This document shows positions 43,901 through 55,656 of a DNA stretch of 64,000 bases, piece by piece (position 1 is the stretch's first letter; each line of letters opens with the position of its first letter). This DNA comes from Micrococcales bacterium (lineage in GTDB: Bacteria; Actinomycetota; Actinomycetes; S36-B12; UBA10799): the NCBI GenBank assembly GCA_016719135.1, contig JADKAV010000028.1, positions 3,351 through 67,350 on the forward strand. The letters are read 5' to 3'. A model generated the notes under the pieces. It saw only the letters and a list, made by a program, of their open reading frames with translations, did no database searches and had not been told where the DNA came from. Made by a program: the position numbers and the translations under genes.

Positions 43901-45646
43901 ATGTCCACGCTGTTCCTGAGAACCCTGCGCGAAGACCCCGCCGACGCAGAAGTCCCGAGCCACCGATTGCTGGTGCGCGCAGGCTTGGTCCGCCGCGTTG
44001 CGCCCGGCATCTTCTCGTGGCTGCCGCTGGGTTACCTGGTGTATCGCAACGTCGAGCGCATCGTGCGCGAGGAGATGGACGCAGCCGGCTTCCAGGAGGT
44101 CCACTTCCCGGCGCTGCTGCCGCGCGAACCCTACGAGGTGACCGGGCGCTGGACGGAATACGGCGACACCCTCCTGCGCCTGCACGACCGCAAAGGTGGG
44201 GACTATCTGCTCGGTCCCACCCACGAGGAAATGTTCACATTGCTGGTCAAGGGGGAGTACTCCTCGTACAAGGATCTGCCCCTGGTGATCTACCAGATCC
44301 AGACGAAATACCGCGATGAGGCGCGTCCCCGAGCCGGCATCCTGCGCGGCCGGGAGTTCGTCATGAAGGATTCGTACTCCTTCGACATCGACGATGAGGG
44401 CCTGCAGCGGTCGTACGACAGGCACCGTGAGGCGTACATCAAGACATTCGACCGACTCGGCCTCGAGTACGTGATCGTGTCCGCCATGTCCGGGGCGATG
44501 GGTGGCTCGGCCAGTGAGGAGTTCCTCGCGCCGTGCGAGTCCGGCGAGGACACGTTCGTGCGTTCCGAGGGCGGGTACGCGGCCAACGTGGAAGCCGTCG
44601 TGACTGTCGCGCCGGAGCCCATCGCGCTCGAGGGCCTGCCCGCTGCGCATGTGGAGGACACCCCCGACACCCCGACGATCGAGACACTCGTGGCTGTCGC
44701 CAACGCCGAGCACCCGCATCCTGATCGGCCGTGGACGGCAGCAGACACGTTGAAGAACGTCGTTCTGCGTCTCGACTACCCCGATGGCACCTCCCGGCCG
44801 CTGATCATCGGCCTGCCGGGGGATCGTGAAGTCGACATGAAACGGCTGGAAGCCCAGGTGGCGCCGGCGGTTCCATCACCGTTCGAGGAGGACGATTTCA
44901 CCAAGCACCCGGAACTGGTCAAGGGGTACATCGGGCCGCAGGTGCTGGGCAAGGAGTCGCCCTCGGGCATCGAGTATCTGGTCGACCCGAGGGTCGTGCC
45001 GGGCACCGCATGGATCACCGGCGCGAACGAACCCGGCCGTCACGTCTTTGATCTGGTGTGTGGGCGCGATTTCACTTTCGACGGCACGATCGAGGCCGCC
45101 GAGGTGCGCGATGGCGACCCGGCACCCGATGGTTCGGGACCCTTGCACAGCGCGCGCGGCATCGAGATCGGGCACATCTTCCAGCTCGGGCGCAAGTACG
45201 CTGAGGCACTCGACCTGAAGGTTCTCGACGTCAACGGCAAGTCCCGGGTCGTCACGATGGGCTCATACGGCATCGGGGTGTCCCGGGCAGTGGCCGCAAT
45301 CGCCGAACAGCACCACGACGACAAGGGTCTGATCTGGCCGCGCGAGGTCGCCCCTGCGGATGTGCACATCGTGGCCACCGGCAAGGACCCGGCCGTTTTC
45401 AGTACCGCGGAGGAACTGGCCCTGGCATTGGAGGACGCGGGTCTGCGGGTCCTGTACGACGATCGCAAGGCCTCACCGGGGGTGAAGTTCAACGACTCCG
45501 AACTGCTCGGTGTGCCGACGATCGTGGTCGTGGGCAAACGCCTGGTCGACGGCATGGTCGAGATCAAGGACCGGGCCAGTGGGCAGCGCGAGGAAGTGCC
45601 GGTTGCCGCTGCGGTGGCCGAAGTGCTGAAGGCCTGCGGACGGTAG
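43901..45646 (+). CDS. proS: proline--tRNA ligase
   Basis: [28 protein letters not shown]..., class II motifs ([17 protein letters not shown]; GSYGIGVSR). The in-frame GTG at 43892 is an alternative start. Confidence 0.9.
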   Translation: MSTLFLRTLREDPADAEVPSHRLLVRAGLVRRVAPGIFSWLPLGYLVYRNVERIVREEMDAAGFQEVHFPALLPREPYEVTGRWTEYGDTLLRLHDRKGGDYLLGPTHEEMFTLLVKGEYSSYKDLPLVIYQIQTKYRDEARPRAGILRGREFVMKDSYSFDIDDEGLQRSYDRHREAYIKTFDRLGLEYVIVSAMSGAMGGSASEEFLAPCESGEDTFVRSEGGYAANVEAVVTVAPEPIALEGLPAAHVEDTPDTPTIETLVAVANAEHPHPDRPWTAADTLKNVVLRLDYPDGTSRPLIIGLPGDREVDMKRLEAQVAPAVPSPFEEDDFTKHPELVKGYIGPQVLGKESPSGIEYLVDPRVVPGTAWITGANEPGRHVFDLVCGRDFTFDGTIEAAEVRDGDPAPDGSGPLHSARGIEIGHIFQLGRKYAEALDLKVLDVNGKSRVVTMGSYGIGVSRAVAAIAEQHHDDKGLIWPREVAPADVHIVATGKDPAVFSTAEELALALEDAGLRVLYDDRKASPGVKFNDSELLGVPTIVVVGKRLVDGMVEIKDRASGQREEVPVAAAVAEVLKACGR

Positions 45647-45793
45647 CGCGGTCAGCCGACGGGGACCGTGACTTGGCGGGCGTCTTCTGAGTGCTCACCC
45701 CGACCGCATGGGCGTGGTTGAAGCGGCACGACCGGGCGGCTCAAGGTGCCGCGTTGTTGGGGCCGGGGCGGCGGCATGTCCGGCCTCACAGCC

Positions 45794-45905
45794 GTGAGAG
45801 TTAGGTACGTGCGTTGGAGATCGGTACGGACGTTGGAGATCCCGCGGGGCGTGCAACTCCAACGGCTGTGCGTTTGTCCAACGGTTGTACGTAACTCCAA
45901 CGCCT
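45794..45905. repeat. single diverged copy of the GTTGGAG/CTCCAAC composite palindrome
   Basis: ...gcGTTGGAGatcggtacggacGTTGGAGatcccgcggggcgtgcaaCTCCAACggctgtgcgtttgtCCAACggttgtacgtaaCTCCAACgcc. It lies in the convergent gap between proS and the dehydrogenase gene. Confidence 0.8.
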
Positions 45906-45995
45906 AGAACCAGGCGCCCCCGCAAGCGCGTCAGGATCGCTCTACGCGCCGGGGCAACCAGGTCAGCCGCATTCCCGCCGGACCGAGACCCGGGA

Positions 45996-47078
45996 TCAAC
46001 CACCGACCTGCACGGCCAGGATCTGGTCGTCGCCGGACTTCGGCTCACCGCGGCCGTCGGTGTTGTTCGTCATCACCCACAGGCCCCCGTCGGGACCGGC
46101 GACCACATCGCGCAGACGGCCCAGCTCCCCGTCGAACCATGCCGTCGGCTCACCGGCGGTCGTGCCGTCGAGGGGTACCTGGTACAAAGCCTGCCCGGCC
46201 AGGGCAGCCACCCAAGCCGAACCGTCGACGATGGCCAGACCACTGGGCGACGCCGTGGAGGTGGGTGACCACGTGGCCTTGGGGTTCGTCATCCCCGGGA
46301 CGTCGCAGTCACCCTCGCAGCGCGGCCAGCCGTAGTTCTTGCCTGGCTCGATCAGGTTCAGCGCATCGACGTCCTGCTGCCCGAATTCGGTGGCCCACAG
46401 GCGCCCGTCGCTGTCCCATGCCAGGCCCTGCACGTTGCGGTGGCCCCAGGACCAAACGGGGGAGTCGGGGTCCGGGTTGTCCGGGGCGGGCTTTCCGGAG
46501 GCCTTGATGCGCAGAATCTTCCCGGCCAAGGAAGTGCGGTCCTGCGCCAGTTCGGGTTGCCCGACCTCGCCGGTGGTCACATACAGGTAGCCGTCGGGTC
46601 CGAACGCGATGCGGCCGCCGTCGTGAATGGGTCCCTTCGGGATGCCGGTCAGAACCGGTTGTTCGTTGCTCAGGGTCGTGCCGTCGAAGTCGAAGACCAC
46701 CACGCGGTTGTCGGTCGCTGAGGTGTAGTACGCGAAAACCTTGTCATCGTCCGGCGCCCGCATCGCCAGGCCGAGCAGTCCACCTTCACCTTGGGCCAGA
46801 ACCTCCGGGATACTGCCGGCCACTGACGTGTTTCCGCCGCTGAGCAGCAGGATGTTGGCGCTGTTGCGCTCGCTGATCAAGGCCTTGTCGTTAGACAAGG
46901 GGATCACGCTCCACGGGGCGGCGAGATTATCCGCCACGGTCCCGGTGATCGTTGGTTCGATCGTCGAGTTGGGGGTCGCGGTCGGCGACTCCTGTGGACT
47001 CGTCTGGGAGGTGCTTTCGTCGCCGCCGCAGCCGGACAACACCGCAAGGCAGAATGCTGCCGCCAGGAACCGTCGCAT
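45996..47078 (-). CDS. PQQ-dependent sugar dehydrogenase family lipoprotein
   Basis: Lipobox MRRFLAAAFCLAVLSGCGG. Beta-propeller motifs HDGGRIAFGPDGYLYVTTGE, WSWGHRNVQGLAWD and NYGWP. Confidence 0.75.
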   Translation of the reverse strand: MRRFLAAAFCLAVLSGCGGDESTSQTSPQESPTATPNSTIEPTITGTVADNLAAPWSVIPLSNDKALISERNSANILLLSGGNTSVAGSIPEVLAQGEGGLLGLAMRAPDDDKVFAYYTSATDNRVVVFDFDGTTLSNEQPVLTGIPKGPIHDGGRIAFGPDGYLYVTTGEVGQPELAQDRTSLAGKILRIKASGKPAPDNPDPDSPVWSWGHRNVQGLAWDSDGRLWATEFGQQDVDALNLIEPGKNYGWPRCEGDCDVPGMTNPKATWSPTSTASPSGLAIVDGSAWVAALAGQALYQVPLDGTTAGEPTAWFDGELGRLRDVVAGPDGGLWVMTNNTDGRGEPKSGDDQILAVQVGG

Positions 47079-47123
47079 ACCTACACCCTTGACACCCACG
47101 GGGCTTCTGTCAAAAGGAAGTGT

Positions 47124-47555
47124 CTATGACGGCGCCGACGGAGCAGCTAGATCCGTCGGCCAGGGGAACGCTTGCCCGGGTGCCCCCCACGACTGAGCCC
47201 GCAGTGCGCAGTCACGGACCTCACGCACTGCCCGACGACGCCGTTGCGGTTCCTCGAACTGTTCGGCGATCAGCTCGGTGTACAGCGGGATCAAGCGCAA
47301 TTCGACCAGGGCCAGCAGCTCACGCGCCTGCCGGTCGCTGTTGACTGGTCCGGGCAGTGTGTAGGCGGCGGCCGGTGGGGCAGGCTGCTCATCGTCATCG
47401 AGCAGCCATTGCCGCAGGGTGTCGCGCACGGTCCGATGGACGGACAAGTGAAGCAGTGCCACGTCTTGGTCTGCGGTCAGTCGTCCACCGGCGCGACCGT
47501 AGGCGTAAATCGCCGCGTACTCGCCGGCCAGAGCGGCCTGTATCGCCGTGCTCAC
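47124..47555 (-). CDS. ferritin-like DUF4439 family protein
   Basis: AIQAALAGEYAAIYAYGRAGGRL is typical of DUF4439. Its start overlaps the end of the upstream ORF. Confidence 0.6.
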   Translation of the reverse strand: MSTAIQAALAGEYAAIYAYGRAGGRLTADQDVALLHLSVHRTVRDTLRQWLLDDDEQPAPPAAAYTLPGPVNSDRQARELLALVELRLIPLYTELIAEQFEEPQRRRRAVREVRDCALRAQSWGAPGQAFPWPTDLAAPSAPS

Positions 47556-47986
47556 AGCGCCTCCAGGTCGACCACGTGTTGCGCCTCCGATGCGGCGATC
47601 AGCGCGAGGATCTGTGCCTGGTCGGCGTCGGGCGATGTGGCGGCGGCGTCGCTGCGGATTCGGGAGGCCCGGCGCTCGGCGCGGATCAGGACTCGGCGAC
47701 TGGAGTTGGCATCGACCGGCGCGGGTGGGGGCTGCTGCCAGCCGAGCGCGACCAAGTGTTCGACATGCTCGTCGCGCAGGCGCTGGTACACGACCGTGGC
47801 GCGGGGACCGGCCGATAGCAGCGCCGCGTCGTAGGCGGCGATCAGGGCCAGTTCGTCGGCCTGCTGGGAATCGGGGGTGGGCTGCGGTGCCGGTTGTCCT
47901 TGCTCATCGGTACCGCATGCAGGCAGCACCGTGGTGGTGAGTGCTGCCAAGGCCCCCAGTTGAAGCACCCGTCGCCGGTCGATCAT
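47552..47986 (-). CDS. Tat-signal lipoprotein, ferritin-like partner of the DUF4439 protein
   Basis: MIDRRRVLQLGALAALTTTVLPACG (twin-arginine signal plus lipobox). The start is taken at the internal Met of ORF 47552..48058. Confidence 0.5.
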   Translation of the reverse strand: MIDRRRVLQLGALAALTTTVLPACGTDEQGQPAPQPTPDSQQADELALIAAYDAALLSAGPRATVVYQRLRDEHVEHLVALGWQQPPPAPVDANSSRRVLIRAERRASRIRSDAAATSPDADQAQILALIAASEAQHVVDLEAL

Positions 47987-48036
47987 GAACCGCAGACTAC
48001 GCGCGCGTAATCTGGGAGGTCGGCAGGGAGGCTGAC

Positions 48037-48501
48037 ATGGCGGACGTACGGGAAACACAAGTGGCGGAACTGGTTGCCCCGATCGTTTCGCCCAAAGGGG
48101 TGGACGTCGAGTACGTGACCTTGCGCCCTGCGGGGCGTCGCACGGTGGTGGTCATCGCGTTGGATGCTGATGGCGGCATCACGCTGGATGACGTGGCCGA
48201 ATACTCTCGCGACATCTCCGAGGCGCTCGACGAAGCCGACGTGATGGGCGACGCGCCCTACACCCTCGAAGTCACCTCGCCGGGGGTGCACCGGCCACTG
48301 ACCCTCCCGCGGCACTGGCGCCGGGCCGCAACCCGACTGGTTAGAGTGCAGATGGCGGACGGCACCACCGTCGAGGGCCGGATCCAGGACAGTGACGACA
48401 CACATGTCGACATCGAGGTATCAGGCGCCACGCGCCACATCGCGATGGCCGACATCGACAAGGCCGTGGTGCAGGTCGAGTTCCCTAAGGAGACTGGCTG
48501 A
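48037..48501 (+). CDS. rimP: ribosome maturation factor RimP
   Basis: [20 protein letters not shown]. Located immediately upstream of nusA. Confidence 0.85.
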   Translation: MADVRETQVAELVAPIVSPKGVDVEYVTLRPAGRRTVVVIALDADGGITLDDVAEYSRDISEALDEADVMGDAPYTLEVTSPGVHRPLTLPRHWRRAATRLVRVQMADGTTVEGRIQDSDDTHVDIEVSGATRHIAMADIDKAVVQVEFPKETG

Positions 48502-49469
48502 TGGATATCGACATGGCGACGCTCAAGGCGGTCGTGGTCGACAAGGGCCTCAGCCTGCAGACCGTCGTGGGCAGCATCGAACAGGCACTGCTGGCCGCCT
48601 ACCACCACACGGAGGGCCACCAGCAGCAGGCGCGCGTCGAACTCGACCGCAAGACCGGGCATGTGACGGTCTGGGCGGCAGAACTAGACGACCAGGGCCT
48701 AAAGGTTGGCGAGTACGACGACACCCCGGCCGACTTCGGTCGGATCGCCGCCACCGTCGCCAAGCAGGTCCTCATGCAGCGCCTGCGCGAAGCCACCGAC
48801 GACGTGACCTTCGAGGAGTTCGCAGCGCGCGAGGGTGACCTGGTGTCCGGCGTCATCCAACAGGGCAGTGACCCGCGACTGGTGTACGTCAACCTTGGTT
48901 CGGTGGAAGGGATCATTCCGCCGTCCGAGCAGGTCCCGACCGAGTCCTACAAGCACGGCGAGCGCATCCGTTGTTATGTCGTCACGGTCCGGCGCGCGGC
49001 CAAGGGGTCTGCGGTCACTTTGTCCCGCACCCACCCGGACCTGGTCCGGCGGCTGTTCGCGATGGAGTCGCCGGAGGTGGCAGAGGGCGTCGTGGAGATC
49101 GCCGGGCTGGCGCGCGAGGCTGGTTACCGGACGAAGATCGCTGTGCGGGCGATGGCGCCGCAGGTGAATGCGAAGGGTGCGTGCATCGGCCCGATGGGTC
49201 AGCGGGTTCGCGCCGTGACCTCCGAACTGCAGGGCGAGAAGATCGACATCGTCGACTGGGACGAGGATCCGGCAGGCTTCATCGCTGCCGCACTGTCGCC
49301 GGCGCGGGTACAGGCCGTGCAGATCGTCGACGAGGCCGCCCGCTCCGCAAAGGTGATCGTGCCCGACTACCAGTTGTCCCTGGCCATCGGCAAGGAAGGC
49401 CAGAACGCGCGTCTGGCCGCACGTTTGACCGGCTGGCGCCTGGATATCCACCCGGACACGGAGGGCTAG
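48501..49469 (+). CDS. nusA: transcription termination/antitermination factor NusA
   Basis: N-terminal domain, S1 domain ([10 protein letters not shown]...) and two KH domains ([21 protein letters not shown]; [22 protein letters not shown]). Confidence 0.9.
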   Translation: MDIDMATLKAVVVDKGLSLQTVVGSIEQALLAAYHHTEGHQQQARVELDRKTGHVTVWAAELDDQGLKVGEYDDTPADFGRIAATVAKQVLMQRLREATDDVTFEEFAAREGDLVSGVIQQGSDPRLVYVNLGSVEGIIPPSEQVPTESYKHGERIRCYVVTVRRAAKGSAVTLSRTHPDLVRRLFAMESPEVAEGVVEIAGLAREAGYRTKIAVRAMAPQVNAKGACIGPMGQRVRAVTSELQGEKIDIVDWDEDPAGFIAAALSPARVQAVQIVDEAARSAKVIVPDYQLSLAIGKEGQNARLAARLTGWRLDIHPDTEG

Positions 49470-49614
49470 GGCTGCGCACGCGTTCAGGCAACGGGCCATT
49501 TCGCCGGTGTTCCCGTGTCCTTGAGCCGCCGCGCCAGGACCCCGGAGTCCAACTACGGCCAACGTGCTGTCGGGTGGTTGACCCCGCACGCTAGACTGGT
49601 CAAGGATTGCCGCG

Positions 49615-49965
49615 ATGAACATCCAGGGTGTCGACAGGTCAGCTGCTTCTGCACGCTCCCCGAGACTGCCGGTACGCACGTGTGTGGGGTGCCGGACCAG
49701 GGACCATCAAGGCGATCTGCTCAGAGTCGCTCTTGTGACGGGCCGGGTGGTACCGGATCCGGAACGGGGGCACTCCGGTCGCGGTGCCTACGTACACCCC
49801 TCGCGGGAGTGCGTCACGGCTGCTATCGCCCGCAAGGCGTTCGGCAGGGCATTCCGCACCGGTGGACCGCTGGATCCCCGTGATCTGGTGGCCTTCTGCA
49901 GCGCCAATGACCGAACCGAAAGTTGGGAGCGTCGGGATGACAACCCGATGAGCAGTCAGCGATGA
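49615..49965 (+). CDS. YlxR (DUF448) family protein
   Basis: RTCVGCRTR...LLRV...GRGAYVH motif between nusA and infB. The start is uncertain. Confidence 0.75.
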   Translation: MNIQGVDRSAASARSPRLPVRTCVGCRTRDHQGDLLRVALVTGRVVPDPERGHSGRGAYVHPSRECVTAAIARKAFGRAFRTGGPLDPRDLVAFCSANDRTESWERRDDNPMSSQR

Positions 49966-50019
49966 AAGCGCCGACAGACAACTAGGTCCGGCAGTATGCC
50001 CGGGCCAGACAGGAGAAAA

Positions 50020-52797
50020 GTGGCCAAGGTCCGGGTCTATGAACTCGCTCGTGAGTTGGGCGTGGAGAGCAAGGCTCTCATCTCGCAACTCAACGACATG
50101 GGGGAGTTCGTCAAGTCCGCCTCATCAACCATCGAAGCGCCGGTCGTGCGTCGACTGCGGGATTCCGCGAAGTCCGCCCCGGCCGAACCAGCACCACCGG
50201 AGCCGGCCAAGAAGGCCACTTCCGGGCCCAAGCCGGCCCCGCGGCCGGTGAAGAAGACCGTGCCGGCGCCGGAACCGGCGGCAGAGCCAGCCGCTCCGGC
50301 CGCCAAACCTGCCCCGGCGTCCGCGCCAGCTCCAGCCCCAGCCCCGGCCCCCGCGCCGAGCCCGGCTGCCAAACCCGCGCCGGCTCCCGGTCCGCGTCCG
50401 GCTGCACCCAAACCAGGTCCGCGCCCGGGCAACAACCCCTTCGGGGCTCCGGCGCCGCGTCCCGGCAACAACCCATTCGGCTCGCCCGCGCCCCGACCGG
50501 GCAACAACCCATTCAGCGGTGCGGCCCCGGCCGCACGCGGCGGCGTGCCCGGTGCGCCTCGCCCCAACCCGGGGATGATGCCCCCTCGCCCGCGTCCCGC
50601 CCCCGCCCGACCCGGTGGTCCGGGACGTCCGGGAGGCCCAGGTGGTCGAGGCAGGCCGGGCGGTCCCGGTGGCGGTCGCCCCGGCGGTCCCGGCGGCTTC
50701 GGTGGACGTCCTGGCGGTCCCGGCGCCGGCACCGGTCGTCCTGGCGGTCCCGGCGGCGGCACCGGTCGTCCCGGTGGTCCCGGCGGTGGCACCGGTCGTC
50801 CCGGTGGTCCCGGCGGTGGTCCTGGTGGTGGTGGTCGTCCAGGTGGTCCCGGTGGCGGCTTTGGCGGTCGTCCCGGTGGTCCCGGCGGCCGCGGTCGTCC
50901 CGGCGGCAAGTCGCGGGCTCGCAAGAGCAAGCGCGCCAAGCGCCAAGAGTTCGACAACATGGAGGCCCCGACGATCGGCGGCGTGCGGATCCCGCGCGGC
51001 GACGGTCGTAAGGTCCGGTTGCCGCGTGGGGCCACGCTGACCGACTTCGCCGATAAGATCGATGCGAACCCCGGTTCCCTGGTTCAGGCGCTCATCAGCC
51101 TGGGCGAGATGGCCACGGCCACGCAGTCACTGTCCGACGACACCTTGATGCTGCTCGGTTCGGAGTTGAACTTCGCGGTCGAGGTCGTGTCCCCCGAGGA
51201 CGAAGATCGCGAACTGCTGGAGAGTTTCCACCTGGAGTTCGGCGAGGACGAGGGTGGTGAGGAGGCCCTCGAGCAGCGCCCGCCGGTGGTGACGGTCATG
51301 GGTCACGTCGACCACGGAAAGACGAGACTGCTCGACGCGGTGCGTCACACGAATCAGGTCGCACGCGAGGCGGGCGGCATCACCCAGCACATCGGCGCCT
51401 ACCAGATCCAGGCCGAGTTCGACGGTGTCGAACGGGCGATCACGTTCATCGACACCCCCGGTCACGAGGCGTTCACCGCCATGCGTGCCCGTGGCGCGAA
51501 GGTGACCGACATCGCGGTGCTGGTTGTGGCCGCCGATGACGGCGTCAAGCCGCAGACGATCGAGGCGCTCAACCACGCGCAGGCCGCCGACGTACCGATC
51601 GTGGTCGCGGTCAACAAGATCGACAAGGAGGGCGCCGATCCGCAGAAGGTTCGCGGGCAGCTCACCGAGTACGGACTGGTGGCCGAGGAGTTCGGCGGCG
51701 ACACCATGTTCGTCGACGTGTCGGCCAAGGCCGAGATCGGAATTCCGGAGCTTCTGGAAGCCGTCGTGCTCACCGCTGATGCGTCATTGGACCTGCGGGC
51801 CAACCCCGAGCAGGACGCCCAGGGTGTGGCCATCGAGGCGCACCTGGACAAGGGTCGCGGCCCGGTGGCCACGGTCCTGGTGCAGCGCGGGACGCTCAAG
51901 CACGGCGAGAGCATCGTGATCGGCGAGGCGCACGGACGCGTCCGCGCGATGCTCGACGAGAACGGCAATCCGGTCGACGTGGCATTGCCATCGCGACCGG
52001 TGCAGGTGCTCGGCCTGACCGCGGTTCCCGACGCCGGCGACACGTTCCTGGTCGTCAGCGAGGACCGCATCGCCCGTCAGATCGCCAACATCCGGCAGGC
52101 CCGTGAGCGCAACGCCGAACTGGCCGCACGTCGTGGCCGGCGCACGCTCGAGGACATCCTGCAGGGCTTGGAGAAGGGCGAAACCGGCACGCTGAACCTG
52201 ATCATCAAGGGTGACGTGTCCGGTTCGGTCGAGGCTCTTGAGGATGCGTTGCTGAAGCTGGATGTCGGCGACGAGGTCGACCTGCGCGTCATCCACCGCG
52301 GGGTGGGTGCCATCACGCAGAACGACGTGAACCTGGCCACTGTGGACAGCGCGATCATCATCGGCTTCAACGTCCGCACCGCCGAACGCGTGGCCGAACT
52401 GGCTGAACGAGAAGGTGTGGACATCCGCTACCACTCGATCATCTACGCGGCCATCGAGGAGGTCGAGCAGGCGCTCAAGGGCATGCTCAAGCCGATCTAC
52501 GAGGAAGCCGCCCTGGGTTCTGCGGAGATCCGCGAGGTGTTCCGCTCGAGCAAGGCCGGCAACATCGCCGGCGCCCTGGTGCGGTCGGGAACCATCCGCC
52601 GCAACTCCAAGGCGCGGGTCATCCGCGACGGTGTCGTCGTGGCGGACAACCTGACGATCGACTCGCTCAAGCGGTTCAAGGACGACGCCACCGAGGTGAA
52701 GGAGGGCTACGAGTGCGGTATCGGACTCGGGTCCTTCAACGACATCAAGGTGGACGACGTCATCGAGACCTTCGAAATGCGCGAGAAGCCGCGCTGA
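50020..52797 (+). CDS. infB: translation initiation factor IF-2
   Basis: [14 protein letters not shown] with AGGAG at 50011-50015. Pro/Gly-rich linker containing [10 protein letters not shown] repeats. G domain motifs [16 protein letters not shown] and NKID. Confidence 0.9.
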   Translation: MAKVRVYELARELGVESKALISQLNDMGEFVKSASSTIEAPVVRRLRDSAKSAPAEPAPPEPAKKATSGPKPAPRPVKKTVPAPEPAAEPAAPAAKPAPASAPAPAPAPAPAPSPAAKPAPAPGPRPAAPKPGPRPGNNPFGAPAPRPGNNPFGSPAPRPGNNPFSGAAPAARGGVPGAPRPNPGMMPPRPRPAPARPGGPGRPGGPGGRGRPGGPGGGRPGGPGGFGGRPGGPGAGTGRPGGPGGGTGRPGGPGGGTGRPGGPGGGPGGGGRPGGPGGGFGGRPGGPGGRGRPGGKSRARKSKRAKRQEFDNMEAPTIGGVRIPRGDGRKVRLPRGATLTDFADKIDANPGSLVQALISLGEMATATQSLSDDTLMLLGSELNFAVEVVSPEDEDRELLESFHLEFGEDEGGEEALEQRPPVVTVMGHVDHGKTRLLDAVRHTNQVAREAGGITQHIGAYQIQAEFDGVERAITFIDTPGHEAFTAMRARGAKVTDIAVLVVAADDGVKPQTIEALNHAQAADVPIVVAVNKIDKEGADPQKVRGQLTEYGLVAEEFGGDTMFVDVSAKAEIGIPELLEAVVLTADASLDLRANPEQDAQGVAIEAHLDKGRGPVATVLVQRGTLKHGESIVIGEAHGRVRAMLDENGNPVDVALPSRPVQVLGLTAVPDAGDTFLVVSEDRIARQIANIRQARERNAELAARRGRRTLEDILQGLEKGETGTLNLIIKGDVSGSVEALEDALLKLDVGDEVDLRVIHRGVGAITQNDVNLATVDSAIIIGFNVRTAERVAELAEREGVDIRYHSIIYAAIEEVEQALKGMLKPIYEEAALGSAEIREVFRSSKAGNIAGALVRSGTIRRNSKARVIRDGVVVADNLTIDSLKRFKDDATEVKEGYECGIGLGSFNDIKVDDVIETFEMREKPR

Positions 52798-52810
52798 GCG
52801 GCGGGCACGC

Positions 52811-53104
52811 GTGTACGCAGGAGTCATGTCCGTGGACGTGTTGCTGCATTCCCGCTCCTTGAAGGAGAAGCGGGCAGTGGTCCGTCCCCTGATCGCCCAC
52901 CTGCGCCGGGAGTTCGGGGTGACGGCTGCCGAAGCCGGACACCTGGACCTGGTGGGCAGGACACAGGTGGGAATCGCGGTGGTCGCGCCGGACATGGCGC
53001 ACTGCCGCGATGTCCTGGACACGTGTCAGAGGTGGGTGGAGTCCGAACCTCACGTCGAGTTCGTCGATGCCCGCCGTACTTATGTCAGTGATGAGGAGTT
53101 CTGA
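52811..53104 (+). CDS. DUF503 (YlxP-like) protein
   Basis: [17 protein letters not shown]. Located between infB and rbfA. Confidence 0.8.
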   Translation: MYAGVMSVDVLLHSRSLKEKRAVVRPLIAHLRREFGVTAAEAGHLDLVGRTQVGIAVVAPDMAHCRDVLDTCQRWVESEPHVEFVDARRTYVSDEEF

Positions 53105-53706
53105 TGTCCGAACAACGTGCCCGACGCCTCGCCGAGCGCATCCAGGTGATCGTGGCCGAGATGCTGGAACGACGTATCAAGGACCCGCGGCTCGGGTTCA
53201 TGACGGTCACCGGTGTGCGCGTGACCGGCGACCTGCGCGAAGCCACCGTTTTCTACACCGTGCTCGGCGATTCGCTGGAGCGGGAGGCGAGCGCCGCGGC
53301 ACTTGCCTCCGCGACCGGTGTCATCCGCAGCGAAGTCGGCAAGCAGACCGGGATCAAGTTCACGCCCACTCTGGCTTTCGTCGCCGATGCGGTGCCGGAG
53401 AACGCCGCCCATATCGAGGACCTGCTGCGGGAGGCCCGTGAGCGCGACGCGGAGTTGGCCGGAATGGCTTCCGGGGCGACTTTCGCCGGCGATCCGGATC
53501 CCTACAAGTCCGACGACGACGAGCCGAGGAATCCGCCGAGGACGAGCCCACCTCATGAGTCACCGCTGGGCGCCGGTCCTGGCCGCCCTGGCCGGTGCCG
53601 TCGCGTGTCTTGCTGGTGGGCCACGTCAATCCGGATGCGGACGCCCTTGGCTCAGCGCTGGCGACCGGCATGGCCCTGCACACTCTCGACCGCGATGTCC
53701 AGGTGA
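53104..53706 (+). CDS. rbfA: ribosome-binding factor A; the ORF is given as sequenced, but the true end is probably at 53558
   Basis: [47 protein letters not shown]. After about 53520 an alternative frame gives an acidic tail [11 protein letters not shown], with its stop in an ATGA overlap with the likely nrnA start. Confidence 0.8.
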   Translation: MSEQRARRLAERIQVIVAEMLERRIKDPRLGFMTVTGVRVTGDLREATVFYTVLGDSLEREASAAALASATGVIRSEVGKQTGIKFTPTLAFVADAVPENAAHIEDLLREARERDAELAGMASGATFAGDPDPYKSDDDEPRNPPRTSPPHESPLGAGPGRPGRCRRVSCWWATSIRMRTPLAQRWRPAWPCTLSTAMSR

Positions 53707-54521
53707 CGTTCCCCGACGAGCCTTTCGAGGTTCCTGCCGGGTTGCGCTTCCTGCCCGGTCAGGACCTTGCGGTCGCGCCCGAATCGGTGAGCGCACCGGA
53801 CGTGGTCATCTCGATGGATGCTTCCTCAGGGGATCGGATCGGGCGGTTGCTGCCGGTCGGCCAGGCCGCGAGGACATTCATCGCAGTGGACCATCACGCC
53901 AGTTTCGTTCCTTTTGCCGGGATCAACGTGGCCGATGCCGACGTGCCGGCCACCGGCATCCTGGCCCTTGAACTGATCGATGAACTCGGGGTCGACCTGA
54001 CTGCGGACATTGCCGCGTGCCTGTACGCCGCGATCAGTTCCGACACCGGTTCCTTCCGGTATGCCGCCACAACTCCCGACACCCTTCGGGTGGCCGCGAG
54101 GCTGATGGAAACCGGCATCGACTTCGCCGGTCTCGCCCGCACGATGTTCGACACCAAGTCGATGGGATTCCTCGCGCTGCAGGCCGAGGCCATCAACTCG
54201 CTGGAACTGATGCAGGTTGGTGGACGCTGGGTCGCGGTGGCCCGGATCGGTATCGCCGAGCGCGAGCGCCACGGCGTGGCGTTCACCGCGGTGGAGTCCC
54301 TGATCGACGTCGTCCGCACGGTCGACGAAGCGGACATCGCGGTCGTCCTGAAGCAGGATGACACTGGGGTGTGGCGGGTTTCGACCCGGTCGAATGGGGC
54401 GGTGGACGTCGGAGCGGTGTGCACTTCATTGGGCGGTGGCGGTCACCGGATGGCGGCGGGTTTCACCGGGTCCCACGATGCGGATGCCACTCTGGCTTCA
54501 TTGCTGGTGGCCTTAGCGTGA
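53595..54521 (+). CDS. nrnA: DHH family phosphoesterase NrnA (oligoribonuclease/pAp phosphatase); the true start is probably ATG 53555 in another frame
   Basis: [16 protein letters not shown] (DHH motif I), VDHH, SSDTGSF and [27 protein letters not shown] lies upstream in the +2 frame. Confidence 0.8.
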   Translation: MPSRVLLVGHVNPDADALGSALATGMALHTLDRDVQVTFPDEPFEVPAGLRFLPGQDLAVAPESVSAPDVVISMDASSGDRIGRLLPVGQAARTFIAVDHHASFVPFAGINVADADVPATGILALELIDELGVDLTADIAACLYAAISSDTGSFRYAATTPDTLRVAARLMETGIDFAGLARTMFDTKSMGFLALQAEAINSLELMQVGGRWVAVARIGIAERERHGVAFTAVESLIDVVRTVDEADIAVVLKQDDTGVWRVSTRSNGAVDVGAVCTSLGGGGHRMAAGFTGSHDADATLASLLVALA

Positions 54522-54644
54522 GGTCAGTTCGCCTCCTTCGGGCTCGACTGTTGCACCGTTGCTGGTTCGAGGGGTCGAATCCCGCAACCGCGCAACACTC
54601 GGCACTCAGCGGGGGCCACAGGGGCCACAGTACGGCCCGCGGCC

Positions 54645-55643
54645 GTGATCTCCGGTTTCGCGCTGATCGACAAGCCGCAGGGCTGGACCAGTCACGATGT
54701 GGTCGGCCGGCTGCGGCGGCTCTACGGCCAGCGCCGCGTTGGTCACGCCGGGACGCTGGATCCGATGGCAACCGGGGTGCTCGTGGTCGGTCTGGGCCAC
54801 GCCACCCGGCTGCTGCGTTTCGTGCAAGGCCAGCCCAAGACCTACGAGGCCACGATCAGGCTCGGCGTTGGAACGCTGACCGATGATGCCGAAGGTGAGG
54901 TCGTGGCAACCCCCGGATGGGAATGGGATCCGGCAGGACTGTCCGCGGCGATCACCGCACTGACCGGAGAGATCCAGCAGGTGCCCAGCGCGGTCTCCGC
55001 GATCAAAGTCGATGGAGTGCGTTCGTATGCGCGGGTGCGTGCCGGCGAGGAGGTCGAACTCCAGCCCCGGCCGGTCAGCGTCTACCGCTTCGAGATGCTC
55101 GGGTCGCCTCGTCTCGAGGACCACGCGGTGGACATCGACGTCGTCGTGGACTGCAGCTCCGGCACCTACATCCGTGCGCTGGCTCGGGACCTTGGTGCGG
55201 CCGTGGGCAGCGCAGGCCATCTCATTGCTCTTCGACGGACAGCGATCGGCCCGATCGGGGTGGGGGAGTGCGCGGAGTTGGGCGAGGAGCCGCCGCCGGT
55301 CTCATCCACACAGACCGTCGTGTCCAGGCTGATGCCCGCGGTGACGGTTGACGACGACGTGGCCTCGGCGCTGCGAAACGGGCGCCAAATCACACTCGAC
55401 GAACCCGATGGCACGTATGTGGTGATGGATCCGGATGGCACCTGGGTGTCGGTGGTCAGCATCGAGGAGGCGCGAACCCGCATCGAGGTCAACGCCCCCC
55501 CCAGCCGGGTCGGACGGCCCGTCTGGCGCGTGACGACGTTGGCGCGTGTGTGTTCTCAACCTCGTGCGTCCTCGTGGGAGCCATACCGGATGCGGTCAGC
55601 CACCCGTAGCGGTGGGCATCATCAACGCCGGGTCAGGGTCTGA
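54645..55643 (+). CDS. truB: tRNA pseudouridine55 synthase TruB (3' end uncertain)
   Basis: IDKPQGWTSHDVV...VGHAGTLDPMATGVLVVGLG...KVDGVRSYARVRAG. A C8 run at 55495-55502 lies close to the expected C-terminus. Confidence 0.85.
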   Translation: MISGFALIDKPQGWTSHDVVGRLRRLYGQRRVGHAGTLDPMATGVLVVGLGHATRLLRFVQGQPKTYEATIRLGVGTLTDDAEGEVVATPGWEWDPAGLSAAITALTGEIQQVPSAVSAIKVDGVRSYARVRAGEEVELQPRPVSVYRFEMLGSPRLEDHAVDIDVVVDCSSGTYIRALARDLGAAVGSAGHLIALRRTAIGPIGVGECAELGEEPPPVSSTQTVVSRLMPAVTVDDDVASALRNGRQITLDEPDGTYVVMDPDGTWVSVVSIEEARTRIEVNAPPSRVGRPVWRVTTLARVCSQPRASSWEPYRMRSATRSGGHHQRRVRV

Positions 55644-55656
55644 GAGGGTAGACCTC

